From: Planctomycetota bacterium
Lineage (GTDB): Bacteria; Planctomycetota; B15-G4; SIAN01
Length of the DNA stretch: 24,000 bases
NCBI GenBank assembly: GCA_035695985.1
Contig: DASRRB010000351.1
Location: forward strand, 7,501-31,500
Direction of reading: 5' to 3'
Shown here: piece after piece, positions 16,309 through 23,619 of the stretch
Layout of the letters: every line of letters starts with the position of its first letter
Position numbering within the stretch: position 1 is the stretch's first letter
Notes under the pieces: model-generated
What the model was told of the DNA's origin: nothing
The model's database searches: none
Seen by the model: the letters and a program-made list of their open reading frames with translations, nothing else
Position numbers and translations under genes: made by a program

Positions 16309-16458
16309 CCCCCCCTTTCTCTCCGATCGGCGGGGCCCGGGCAAGAGGCGCGGCGCATTGGCGCGCGGGCGACGCGTTGATCGCGCGACGCATGGCGACT
16401 AAAGCTTGCGCCGCGCGTCGGCTCCGCGGCGATCGGAACCGACGGAGGGGAGAACACC

Positions 16459-19400
16459 TTGGTTGCGCCGGTCCGCTGCGTCCACCTCCACGTCCACAGC
16501 CACTTCTCGCTGCTGGACGGCAATCCGACGGTGCCGGGGCTGGTGAAGGCGGCGAAGGACGCCGGCATGGAGGCGCTCGCCCTCACCGACCACGGGAACC
16601 TCTACGGCGCCGTCGAGTTCATGCGCGAGGCCAAGGCGGCCGGGATCAAGCCGATCCCCGGCATGGAGGCCTACATCGCGCGCAAGAGCCGGCTCGAGAA
16701 GAGCGGCGCCGACGCGGGCAACTTCACCGACCACATCACGCTGCTCGCCGCGACCGCCGAGGGGTGGCAGAACCTGATGAAGCTCACCAGCCGGAGCTTC
16801 ATCGAGGGTTTCTACCGCAAGCCGCGCATCGACAAGGAGCTCCTCGCCGCCCACAGCAAGGGGCTGATCGGCCTGTCGGGCTGCCTCTCGGGCGAGGTCG
16901 CGCGCTCGCTGCTGCACGGCGACCGCAAGGACGCGACGCGCGCGGCGCTCGGGCTGCGCGACCTCTTCGAGAAGGACGCCTTCTACCTCGAGGTGATGAA
17001 CAACGGCCTCGAGAAGCAGGACCGCGTGCGCGCCGCGCTGAAGGAGGTCGCGGCCGAGTCGGGCATCCCGTTGGTCGGCACGAGCGACGTGCACTACCTG
17101 CGCCGCGACGACGCGCGCGCGCAGGAGGTGATGCTCGCGATCAACACCGGCAACACGATGCAGGACGCCGACCGGATGCGGATGGAGAGCGACCAGTTCT
17201 TCTTCCGGACCGGCGAGGAGATGGCGCGCGCGTTCGACGACACGCCGGGGGCGCTGGAGCGGACGGTCGAGATCGCGAGCCGCTGCGGCTTCGCGCTCTC
17301 GCTCGGCGAGATGCACCTGCCGACCTTCGTCACTCCCGACGGCTCGACGCCCGACGACTACTTCCGGCGGCTGTGCGAGGAGGGCGTGCGCCGCCGCTAC
17401 GCCGAGGTCACGGCGAGGGTGCGCGAGCGCCTCGAGCGCGAGATCGCCGTGATCGCGCAGATGGGATTCGTCTCCTACTTCCTGATCGTGGCCGACTTCA
17501 TCCGCTACGCGCGCGAGCACGACGTGCCGGTCGGCCCGGGGCGCGGCTCGGCGGCGGGCAGCATCGTCGCCTACTGCCTCGGCATCACCAACGTCGACCC
17601 GCTCAAGTACGACCTGCTGTTCGAGCGCTTCCTGAATTCCTCGCGCATCTCGATGCCCGACATCGACGTCGACTTCTGCCGCGACGGGCGCGCCAAGGTG
17701 ATCGAGTACGTGCGCGAGCGCTACGGCGCCGAGCGCGTGTCGCAGATCGTCACGTTCGGGACGATGGCGGCGAAGGCGGCGATCCGCGACGCCGGGCGCG
17801 TGCTCGGCGTCGAGCTGCGCGACGTCGACCGCATCGCGAAGAAGATCCCGGGCACGCCCGGCACCGAGCTCGAGAAGGCGCTCGAGGACCCCGAGCTGCA
17901 GGCGATCCGCGCCGAGGGCGGGCCGTTCGGCGAGCTCTTCGACGTCGCGCTCAGGATCGAGGGGTTGAACCGCCACGCCTCCACGCACGCCGCCGGCGTC
18001 GTGATCGGCGACCGGCCGCTCATGGAGATCGTCCCGCTCTGCACCGTGCAGGGCGAAGTGAACACGCAGTTCACGATGAACGACCTCGAGTCGCTCGGCC
18101 TGCTGAAGATGGACTTCCTCGGGCTGAAGACGCTGACGATCCTCGACCACGCGCGCCGGCTGGTCGAGACGAACCACGGGCGCAAGCTCGTCTACGACGA
18201 GGTGCCGCTCGACGACAAGAAGACCTTCGAGCTGCTGCAGCGCGGCGACACGAGCGCCGTCTTCCAGCTGGAATCCAGCGGGATGAAGGAGCTGCTCTCG
18301 AAGATGCGGCCCGACGTCTTCGAGGACATCATCGCGATCCTCGCGCTCTACCGGCCGGGCCCGCTCGGGTCGGGGATGGTCGACTCCTACGTGAACCGCA
18401 AGCGCGGCGTCGAGCCGGTGCGCTACGCCGACCCGCGCCTCGAGCCGATCCTGCGCGAGACCTACGGGATCATGGTGTACCAGGAGCAGGTGATGCGCAT
18501 CACCAACGTCCTGGCCGGCTTCAACCTCGACGAGGCCGACACGCTGCGCAAGGCGATGAGCAAGAAGAAGCTCGAGGAGATGACGAAGTACCGGAACAAG
18601 TTCGTGGACGGGGCCGAGAAGAACGGCTGCGCGCGCGACGTCGCGACGCAGATCTGGGAGCAGATGGAGTACTTCGCCGGCTACGGCTTCAACAAGAGCC
18701 ACTCGACGGCGTACGGCCTCGTCACCTGGTGGACGGCGTGGGTGAAGGCGAACTACCCGCGGGAGTTCTGGGCCGCGGTCATCACCTGCGACTCCGACAA
18801 CACCGACAAGGTCGCGGCCTACGTCGGCGAGTGCCGCCGCGTCGGCCACGAGGTGCTCCCCCCCGACCTGCTCGCATCGCAGCTCGCCGCCACGACCGAC
18901 GCCCGCGGGATCCGCCTCGGGCTCGGCAACGTGAAGGGGATCGGCCCGAAGGCGATCGAGGAGCTGATCGCCGCGCGCGGGGCGCAGCGCGGCGCGCCCG
19001 ACCTCGGCGCGATCCTGGACGGCGTCCCGTCGCAGACGGTGAACCGCGCCGCGCTCGAGGCGCTGGCGCACGGCGGCGCGCTCGACTGGACCGGGCACAC
19101 ACGCGCCGCGCTCGTCGCGTCGCTCGACACGCTGCTGCAGGAGGCCGCCGCTGCGCAGCGCGACCGGCGCTCGGGACAGAAGCAGCTCTTCGCCGCGGCC
19201 GGTGCGACGTCCCGCGGAGGAGCAGGAGGAGCAGGAGGAGGAGGAAGCGGCGGCGCCGCCGCGCCCGTGCGCAGCCGCATCGCCGCCGCGCCCGAGTACC
19301 CCGAGCGCGAGAAGCTGCGCCTCGAGAAAGAGGCGCTCGGCTTCTTCCTCTCGAGCAACCCGCTCGCGCGCTACTCCGACGTCCTCCTGCGCCACTGCAC

Positions 19401-19953
19401 GGCGCGCATCGACGACCTCGACGCGGTGCCCGACGGCGCCACCGTCACGGTCGGCGGCATCGCCGGCAAGCCGCGCATCACCGTCGCGAAGCGCGGCCGC
19501 TCGGCCGGCAAGAAGATGGCGATCGTCGAGGTGGCGGGGCTCGCCGGCGCCGTGACGGCGGTGATCTTCCCCGAGACCTACGAGCGGGCGCGCGACGTCG
19601 TGGCCGAGGACCGCATCCTCCTGCTCACCGGCCAGCTCGACCGCTCGTCGGACCGGCCGACGATCAAGGCGTCGGACGTGCGCGCGCTCGACGGCGCGCT
19701 GGCCGGCGCCTCGGGCGGCCACCTCGTGGTCGACCTGCCGGCGACCGCCGCCGATCCGGCCGGCGCGCTCGCGCGGGTCCAGGCGATCCTCGGCCGCCAC
19801 TCGGGCGGGAGCCCCGTCTTCTTCCGGCTGCAGGCCGCCGGCCGCCCGCCGCTGGTGCACCGCGTCGACCCGCGCTGGTTCGTGCGCATCAGCGACGACC
19901 TCGTCGAGGAGCTCGAGCGCGAGCTCGGTCCGGGGGCCGCCACCCTCAAGTGA
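16459..19953 (+). CDS. dnaE: DNA polymerase III subunit alpha DnaE, 1164 aa
   Basis: PHP domain start HLHVHSHFSLLDG, the polymerase core (GPGRGSAAGSIVAYCLGITNVDP, MPDIDVDF, FGTMAAKAAIRDAGRVLG, KMDFLGLKTLT) and a C-terminal OB region. The TTG start at 16459 has GGAGGGGAG 6 nt upstream. Confidence 0.95.
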   Translation: MVAPVRCVHLHVHSHFSLLDGNPTVPGLVKAAKDAGMEALALTDHGNLYGAVEFMREAKAAGIKPIPGMEAYIARKSRLEKSGADAGNFTDHITLLAATAEGWQNLMKLTSRSFIEGFYRKPRIDKELLAAHSKGLIGLSGCLSGEVARSLLHGDRKDATRAALGLRDLFEKDAFYLEVMNNGLEKQDRVRAALKEVAAESGIPLVGTSDVHYLRRDDARAQEVMLAINTGNTMQDADRMRMESDQFFFRTGEEMARAFDDTPGALERTVEIASRCGFALSLGEMHLPTFVTPDGSTPDDYFRRLCEEGVRRRYAEVTARVRERLEREIAVIAQMGFVSYFLIVADFIRYAREHDVPVGPGRGSAAGSIVAYCLGITNVDPLKYDLLFERFLNSSRISMPDIDVDFCRDGRAKVIEYVRERYGAERVSQIVTFGTMAAKAAIRDAGRVLGVELRDVDRIAKKIPGTPGTELEKALEDPELQAIRAEGGPFGELFDVALRIEGLNRHASTHAAGVVIGDRPLMEIVPLCTVQGEVNTQFTMNDLESLGLLKMDFLGLKTLTILDHARRLVETNHGRKLVYDEVPLDDKKTFELLQRGDTSAVFQLESSGMKELLSKMRPDVFEDIIAILALYRPGPLGSGMVDSYVNRKRGVEPVRYADPRLEPILRETYGIMVYQEQVMRITNVLAGFNLDEADTLRKAMSKKKLEEMTKYRNKFVDGAEKNGCARDVATQIWEQMEYFAGYGFNKSHSTAYGLVTWWTAWVKANYPREFWAAVITCDSDNTDKVAAYVGECRRVGHEVLPPDLLASQLAATTDARGIRLGLGNVKGIGPKAIEELIAARGAQRGAPDLGAILDGVPSQTVNRAALEALAHGGALDWTGHTRAALVASLDTLLQEAAAAQRDRRSGQKQLFAAAGATSRGGAGGAGGGGSGGAAAPVRSRIAAAPEYPEREKLRLEKEALGFFLSSNPLARYSDVLLRHCTARIDDLDAVPDGATVTVGGIAGKPRITVAKRGRSAGKKMAIVEVAGLAGAVTAVIFPETYERARDVVAEDRILLLTGQLDRSSDRPTIKASDVRALDGALAGASGGHLVVDLPATAADPAGALARVQAILGRHSGGSPVFFRLQAAGRPPLVHRVDPRWFVRISDDLVEELERELGPGAATLK
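19216..19245 (+). repeat. In-frame GGA-rich microsatellite inside dnaE: (GGAGGAGCA)x2 followed by (GGA)x4
   Basis: Read directly from the sequence: gga gga gca gga gga gca gga gga gga gga. It encodes GGAGGAGGGG within a Gly/Ala-rich linker (SRGGAGGAGGGGSGGAAAP). GGA appears to be an uncommon Gly codon elsewhere in this GC-rich window. Confidence 0.8.
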
Positions 19954-20069
19954 GGCGCGCCGCGGGCGCGAAAAAGCGTCCCGGTCCGTCCCCCGGCCAG
20001 CGTCTTCCTTCGCGCGTGGGCCCTCGGCATCATGCGCCGCGCCCAGGGGGAATCGAGGATCCCAGCGCG

Positions 20070-20657
20070 ATGATGCGCCAGACCGTCCTGCTCTTCGGCC
20101 CGCCGGGCGCCGGCAAGGGAACCCAGGCGAAGCGGCTGTCGCAGTTCCTGCGCTCCCCGCACGTCTCGACGGGCGACATGTTCCGCGACCACCAGGGGCG
20201 GCGCAGCGACCTCGGGCTCAAGGTCGAGCAGGTGCTCGCGAGCGGCGCCCTCGTCCCCGACTCGCTCACGAACGAGATGGTGCGCGAGCGGCTGCTCCGC
20301 CCCGACAGCGCGCTCGGCGTCATCCTGGACGGCTTCCCGCGCAACGTGGCGCAGGCGCGCTGGCTGACGCTCTTCCTTCAGAACCGCGGCTTCGGCGTGC
20401 GCTCGGTGCTGGTGATCGAGGTGCCGCGCGACCAGCTCGAGTCGCGCCTCAAGGGGCGCGCGCTCAAGGAGGGCCGGCCCGACGACGCCGACGCCAAGGT
20501 GATCTCGAAACGGCTCGACACCTACAAGGCGCAGACCGAGGCGTGCATCGGGTACTACCGCCAGTCGGGCGACCCGGTCCACGTGATCGACGGCGTCGGC
20601 TCGATCGAGGAGGTCGAGACGCGCATCCGCGACGCGCTCGGAGTCGCGGCCGTCTGA
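20070..20657 (+). CDS. adk: Adenylate kinase, short-LID type, 195 aa
   Basis: P-loop LLFGPPGAGKGTQAKRL, the NMP-binding region HVSTGDMFR and ILDGFPRN. The short LID segment RLKGRALKEGRPDDADAKVISKRLDTY has no Cys4/long insertion. ATG at 20070 (a second ATG at 20073) with GAGGAT 9 nt upstream. Only the last 195 codons of track ORF 16299..20657 are credible. Confidence 0.9.
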   Translation: MMRQTVLLFGPPGAGKGTQAKRLSQFLRSPHVSTGDMFRDHQGRRSDLGLKVEQVLASGALVPDSLTNEMVRERLLRPDSALGVILDGFPRNVAQARWLTLFLQNRGFGVRSVLVIEVPRDQLESRLKGRALKEGRPDDADAKVISKRLDTYKAQTEACIGYYRQSGDPVHVIDGVGSIEEVETRIRDALGVAAV

Positions 20658-20666
20658 ACGGCGCGC

Positions 20667-20688
20667 GCCCCGGCCGGAGCGGCGGGGC
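20667..20688. terminator. GC-rich hairpin between convergent adk and rplQ stops (possible bidirectional terminator)
   Basis: GCCCCG-gccggagcgg-CGGGGC is a 6-bp GC stem filling most of the 31-bp gap between the two stop codons. It has no flanking U-tract, so it is not a canonical intrinsic terminator. Confidence 0.3.
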
Positions 20689-21186
20689 TCAGCTCTTCTT
20701 CGCGGCGTCGGCGGCGGGCGCGGCGGCGGCCTCGGCGGCCGCCTTCTTCTTCGACTTCTTGCCCTTCGCGCTCTTCTCGGCCTCGAGCGCCTGCTTCTCC
20801 TCGAACTCCTTCACGCGGCGCTCGCTCTCCCCCACCCACTCGAGGATCGCGCGCGACGAGTTGTCGCCGACCCGGGGCTTGGCGAGCTTCAGCACGCGGG
20901 AGTAGCCGCCCTGCCGCTCGGTGAAGCGCGGCGCGACCTCGTCGAAGAGCCGCTTCACGACCGTGCGGTCGTTGCCGAGCTGCGAGGCGGCCTGCCGGAT
21001 CCGGTGCAGGGTCTTCACCTTCGCCAGCGTCACGATCTTGTCGGCGTGGCGGCGGTACTCCTTCGCCTTCGCGAGGGTCGTGACGACCCGCCCGTGGAGG
21101 ATCAGCGCGGTGAGCATGTTCATCCGCTGCGCCTTTCGATGGTCGCCGCGAATGCCGAGCTTGCGTCCGAGGTTCTTGTGCCGCAT
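20689..21186 (-). CDS. rplQ: 50S ribosomal protein L17 with Lys/Ala-rich C-terminal extension, 165 aa
   Basis: MRHKNLGRKLGIRGDHRKAQRMNMLTALILHGRVVTTLAKAKE is a typical L17 N-terminus. The gene sits directly after rpoA. Confidence 0.95.
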   Translation of the reverse strand: MRHKNLGRKLGIRGDHRKAQRMNMLTALILHGRVVTTLAKAKEYRRHADKIVTLAKVKTLHRIRQAASQLGNDRTVVKRLFDEVAPRFTERQGGYSRVLKLAKPRVGDNSSRAILEWVGESERRVKEFEEKQALEAEKSAKGKKSKKKAAAEAAAAPAADAAKKS

Positions 21187-21245
21187 TTCGAGGGTCCGTC
21201 CGCGTCAGTTCCGGGCGTGTTCCGTGGAGGCGTGCGTGACGTTCG

Positions 21246-22409
21246 TCACGTTGGATTGTCGGGGATGTCGAGGACGGTCCCGCCCGAGGAGGCGGCCTCG
21301 CCGTCGGCGGCCTTGGGCTCGGCGCCCTCGACCCCTTCGACGCCCTCGACGACACCTTCGTCGCCGATCAGCTCGTCGTCGTCGTCGTCGTCGCCCACGT
21401 AGGGCGCCGAGCCGTTGAGCCCCAGCCCGTGCTCGCCGAGGCGCTTCTTCACCTCCTTCAGCGAGGTCTGGCCGAAGTTGCGCAGCTCGAGGAGGTCCTG
21501 CTCGGTCAACTTCACGAGCTGCCGGATCGTGCGGACGTTCTCCGCGTCGAGGCAGTTGCGCGCGCGCACCGAGAGGTTGAGCACCGAGATCGGCTGGTCG
21601 ATCAGACCGCCCGAGTCGGTCGGCTCGCCGCCCATGGACACGCCGAGCGCGGCGGAGCCTTGCTCGATCGACTCGCCCACCAGCATCCCGGCGCCCGGCT
21701 GCAGGTAGTGGACGAACGGGTTCATGTGCTTGCGATAGATCTTGGCCGCCTCGACCAGCGCGGCGTCGGGCGTGATCGTCCCGTTGGTCCAGACCTCGAG
21801 GACGAGCTTGTCGTAGTTGGTCATCTTGCCGACGCGCGTCTCCTCGACCTTGTAACGCACGCGCGTCACGGGCGAGAAGTTCGAGTCGACCGCGATCACT
21901 CCGGTCTCGCGGTCGTCGCGCTCGTTCTCCTCCGCGGTCCGGTAGCCGCGGCCGCGCTCGGCCGTGAGCTCCATCTTGAACTCGCGCTCGGAGGTGAGCG
22001 TGCAGACGACGTGGTTGGGGTTCAGGATCTCGGCGTCGGCCGGGCACTGGATGTCGCCCGCGGTGACCGGCCCCTTCTTGCGCACGTCGATGCGCAGCGG
22101 CACCGGGCCCTCGCCGGCGAGGCGGACGAGGACGCCCTTCACGTTCAGCACCACGTCGACCACGTCCTCGAGCACGCCCTCGATGACCGAGAACTCGTGC
22201 AGGACGCCGTCGATCTTGATGTGGGTGACCGCGAAGCCCTCGATCGAGGAGAGCAGGACGCGCCGCATCCCGTTCCCGATCGTGTGGCCGAAACCGCGTT
22301 CGAACGGCTCGACCACGAACTTGGCGTAGGTCGCGGAGGTCGCGGAGTTCGAGTCGCTCTCGGTGGCCACGCGGGACGGGAGTTCGAAGTTGCGCCAGCG
22401 AATCCTCAT
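21246..22409 (-). CDS. rpoA: DNA-directed RNA polymerase subunit alpha with about 56-aa acidic C-terminal extension, 387 aa
   Basis: N-terminal domain (FVVEPFERGFGHTIGNGMRRVLLSSIEG) and alpha-CTD (LNLSVRARNCLDAENVRTIRQLV...LLELRNFGQTSLKEVKKRL). Position between rpsD and rplQ. Confidence 0.95.
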   Translation of the reverse strand: MRIRWRNFELPSRVATESDSNSATSATYAKFVVEPFERGFGHTIGNGMRRVLLSSIEGFAVTHIKIDGVLHEFSVIEGVLEDVVDVVLNVKGVLVRLAGEGPVPLRIDVRKKGPVTAGDIQCPADAEILNPNHVVCTLTSEREFKMELTAERGRGYRTAEENERDDRETGVIAVDSNFSPVTRVRYKVEETRVGKMTNYDKLVLEVWTNGTITPDAALVEAAKIYRKHMNPFVHYLQPGAGMLVGESIEQGSAALGVSMGGEPTDSGGLIDQPISVLNLSVRARNCLDAENVRTIRQLVKLTEQDLLELRNFGQTSLKEVKKRLGEHGLGLNGSAPYVGDDDDDDELIGDEGVVEGVEGVEGAEPKAADGEAASSGGTVLDIPDNPT

Positions 22410-22467
22410 CGGGTGCTGCTCCAGGAATCCGTGTTATCGATCGTTTCGGGGGAGAGAGGGCCGGGTC

Positions 22468-23094
22468 TCAGCGCGACATCAGCTCGACGACGAGCTGCTC
22501 GTCGACGGGGAACTCGAGGTTCTCGCGCTTGGGGAGCTCGGCGACGCGCGCCGTGAACGCCGCTTCGTCGAACTGGAGCCAGGAGGGGACCGCGTCGCCC
22601 TTGCGCGACTCCTGGCACTCCTTCAGGTGCTTCATGACCTTCTCGCGCTTGGAGAAGGTGATCGCGTCGCCGCGCCGCACGAGCGCCGACGCGATGTTGC
22701 AGCGCCGGCCGTTCACGTAGACGTGGCCGTGCGTGATGAGCTGGCGCGCGTGGCGGCGCGACAGCGTGACGCCGCACAGGAAGATCACGTGGTCGAGGCG
22801 CTGCTGCAGCAGCGTCAGGATGTGCTCGCCGGTGTTGCCCGGCAGGCGCGCGGCGCGCTCGAACACGAGGCGGAAGCTGCGCTCGGTCACGCCGAAGAAG
22901 CGCTTGAGCTTCTGCTTCTCGCGCAGGCGCACCCCGAAGTCGGAAGGCCGCCCGCGGCTCCAGCTGTGCTGGCCGGGCTGGTAGTTGCGCTTCACGATGG
23001 CGCACTTCGCCGACTCGCAGCGAGCGCCCTTCAGGAACAGCTTCTCGCCTTCGCGGCGGCAGAGCTTGCAGACCGATCCGATGCAACGAGCCAT
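22468..23094 (-). CDS. rpsD: 30S ribosomal protein S4 (Cys-containing, zinc-ribbon type N-terminus)
   Basis: MARCIGSVCKLCRREGEKLFLKGARCESAKC..., followed by an S4 RNA-binding domain (RLDHVIFLCGVTLSRRHARQLITHGHVYVNGRR). Confidence 0.95.
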   Translation of the reverse strand: MARCIGSVCKLCRREGEKLFLKGARCESAKCAIVKRNYQPGQHSWSRGRPSDFGVRLREKQKLKRFFGVTERSFRLVFERAARLPGNTGEHILTLLQQRLDHVIFLCGVTLSRRHARQLITHGHVYVNGRRCNIASALVRRGDAITFSKREKVMKHLKECQESRKGDAVPSWLQFDEAAFTARVAELPKRENLEFPVDEQLVVELMSR

Positions 23095-23167
23095 GCTTCG
23101 CGTCCACCTCTCTCGACTTCCGGCGTCGCACCGCCGGGGAATTCGTCGTCCTCGAGCGCGCCCCGTC

Positions 23168-23542
23168 TCAGACGCGGCGGCGCTTGCGCGGCCTGCAGCC
23201 GTTGTGCGGCAGCGGGGTCCGGTCCTCGATCGCGCGCACGTTGAGCCCGGCGGCCGAGAGCGCGCGCACCGCCGACTCGCGCCCGCTGCCCGGGCCGTTG
23301 ACGCGCACCTCGACCTCCTTCACGCCCATCTTGATCGCGTTCACCGCCGCCTTCTCGGCCGCCTTCTGGGCGGCGAACGGCGTCGACTTGCGCGACCCCT
23401 TGAACCCGACGCCGCCGGCGGTCGCCCAGGTGAGCGTGTCGCCGCGCAGGTCGGTGATCGTGACCATCGTGTTGTTGAAGGTCGCCATCACGTGGGCGAT
23501 CGCCTTCGCGGAGCTGCGTCGGGCTTTCTTCTTCTTGGCCAT
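23168..23542 (-). CDS. rpsK: 30S ribosomal protein S11
   Basis: [45 protein letters not shown] and the C-terminal [13 protein letters not shown] are S11 signatures. Confidence 0.95.
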   Translation of the reverse strand: MAKKKKARRSSAKAIAHVMATFNNTMVTITDLRGDTLTWATAGGVGFKGSRKSTPFAAQKAAEKAAVNAIKMGVKEVEVRVNGPGSGRESAVRALSAAGLNVRAIEDRTPLPHNGCRPRKRRRV

Positions 23543-23619
23543 GCTTCCTTCGCTCGAACCTCGTCCCTGCGTGTCGCGCTCGCGCCGGTCGGCGGGCCCC
23601 GGGCAAACGGCTCAGGATA

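Noticed and set aside
15134-16393. Upstream 420 codons of track ORF 14591..16393, plus ORFs 15711..16586 and 14646..15101
   Set aside because: They overlap the HEAT-repeat lipoprotein frame or the Zn-ribbon frame and are Arg/Gly/Pro-rich. The balanced-composition frames were chosen instead.
16377-16405. Candidate dnaE promoter TTGATC-N17-TAAAGC in the 150-bp divergent region
   Set aside because: The -35 is good but the -10 matches only 3 of 6 positions of TATAAT. This is too weak to call without TSS data.
16399-19860. 1153-aa ORF antisense to dnaE
   Set aside because: Its translation is Arg/Ala/Gly/Asp-rich with no recognisable motifs. The opposite strand encodes an unmistakable full-length DnaE. 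Long stop-free antisense frames are expected at this GC content.
16459-19953. Possible intein or insertion in DnaE
   Set aside because: The length (1164 aa) is standard for DnaE, the polymerase motifs are contiguous, and no intein-like block (C/S...HN-C/S/T junctions with an endonuclease domain) is visible. The only insertion is the short Gly/Ala linker reported separately.
19956-19975. Hairpin CGCGCC-gcg-GGCGCG immediately after the dnaE stop, followed by AAAAA
   Set aside because: The run after the stem is A rather than T on the transcribed strand, and the loop is only 3 nt. It is not a canonical intrinsic terminator for dnaE. In the other orientation the T-run precedes the stem.
16299-20069. 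N-terminal 1257 codons of the 1452-aa ORF that ends as adenylate kinase
   Set aside because: This part is an alternate frame of dnaE with Arg/Gly/Asp-rich junk translation. Only the last 195 codons, from the ATG at 20070 with its own SD, form a kinase. There is no evidence for a fusion protein.
21235-21250. Palindrome CGTGACG-tt-CGTCACG spanning the rpoA stop codon
   Set aside because: The 7-bp stem has a 2-nt loop, which is sterically poor, and there is no U-tract. It is too small to distinguish from chance, and rpoA-rplQ are normally co-transcribed.
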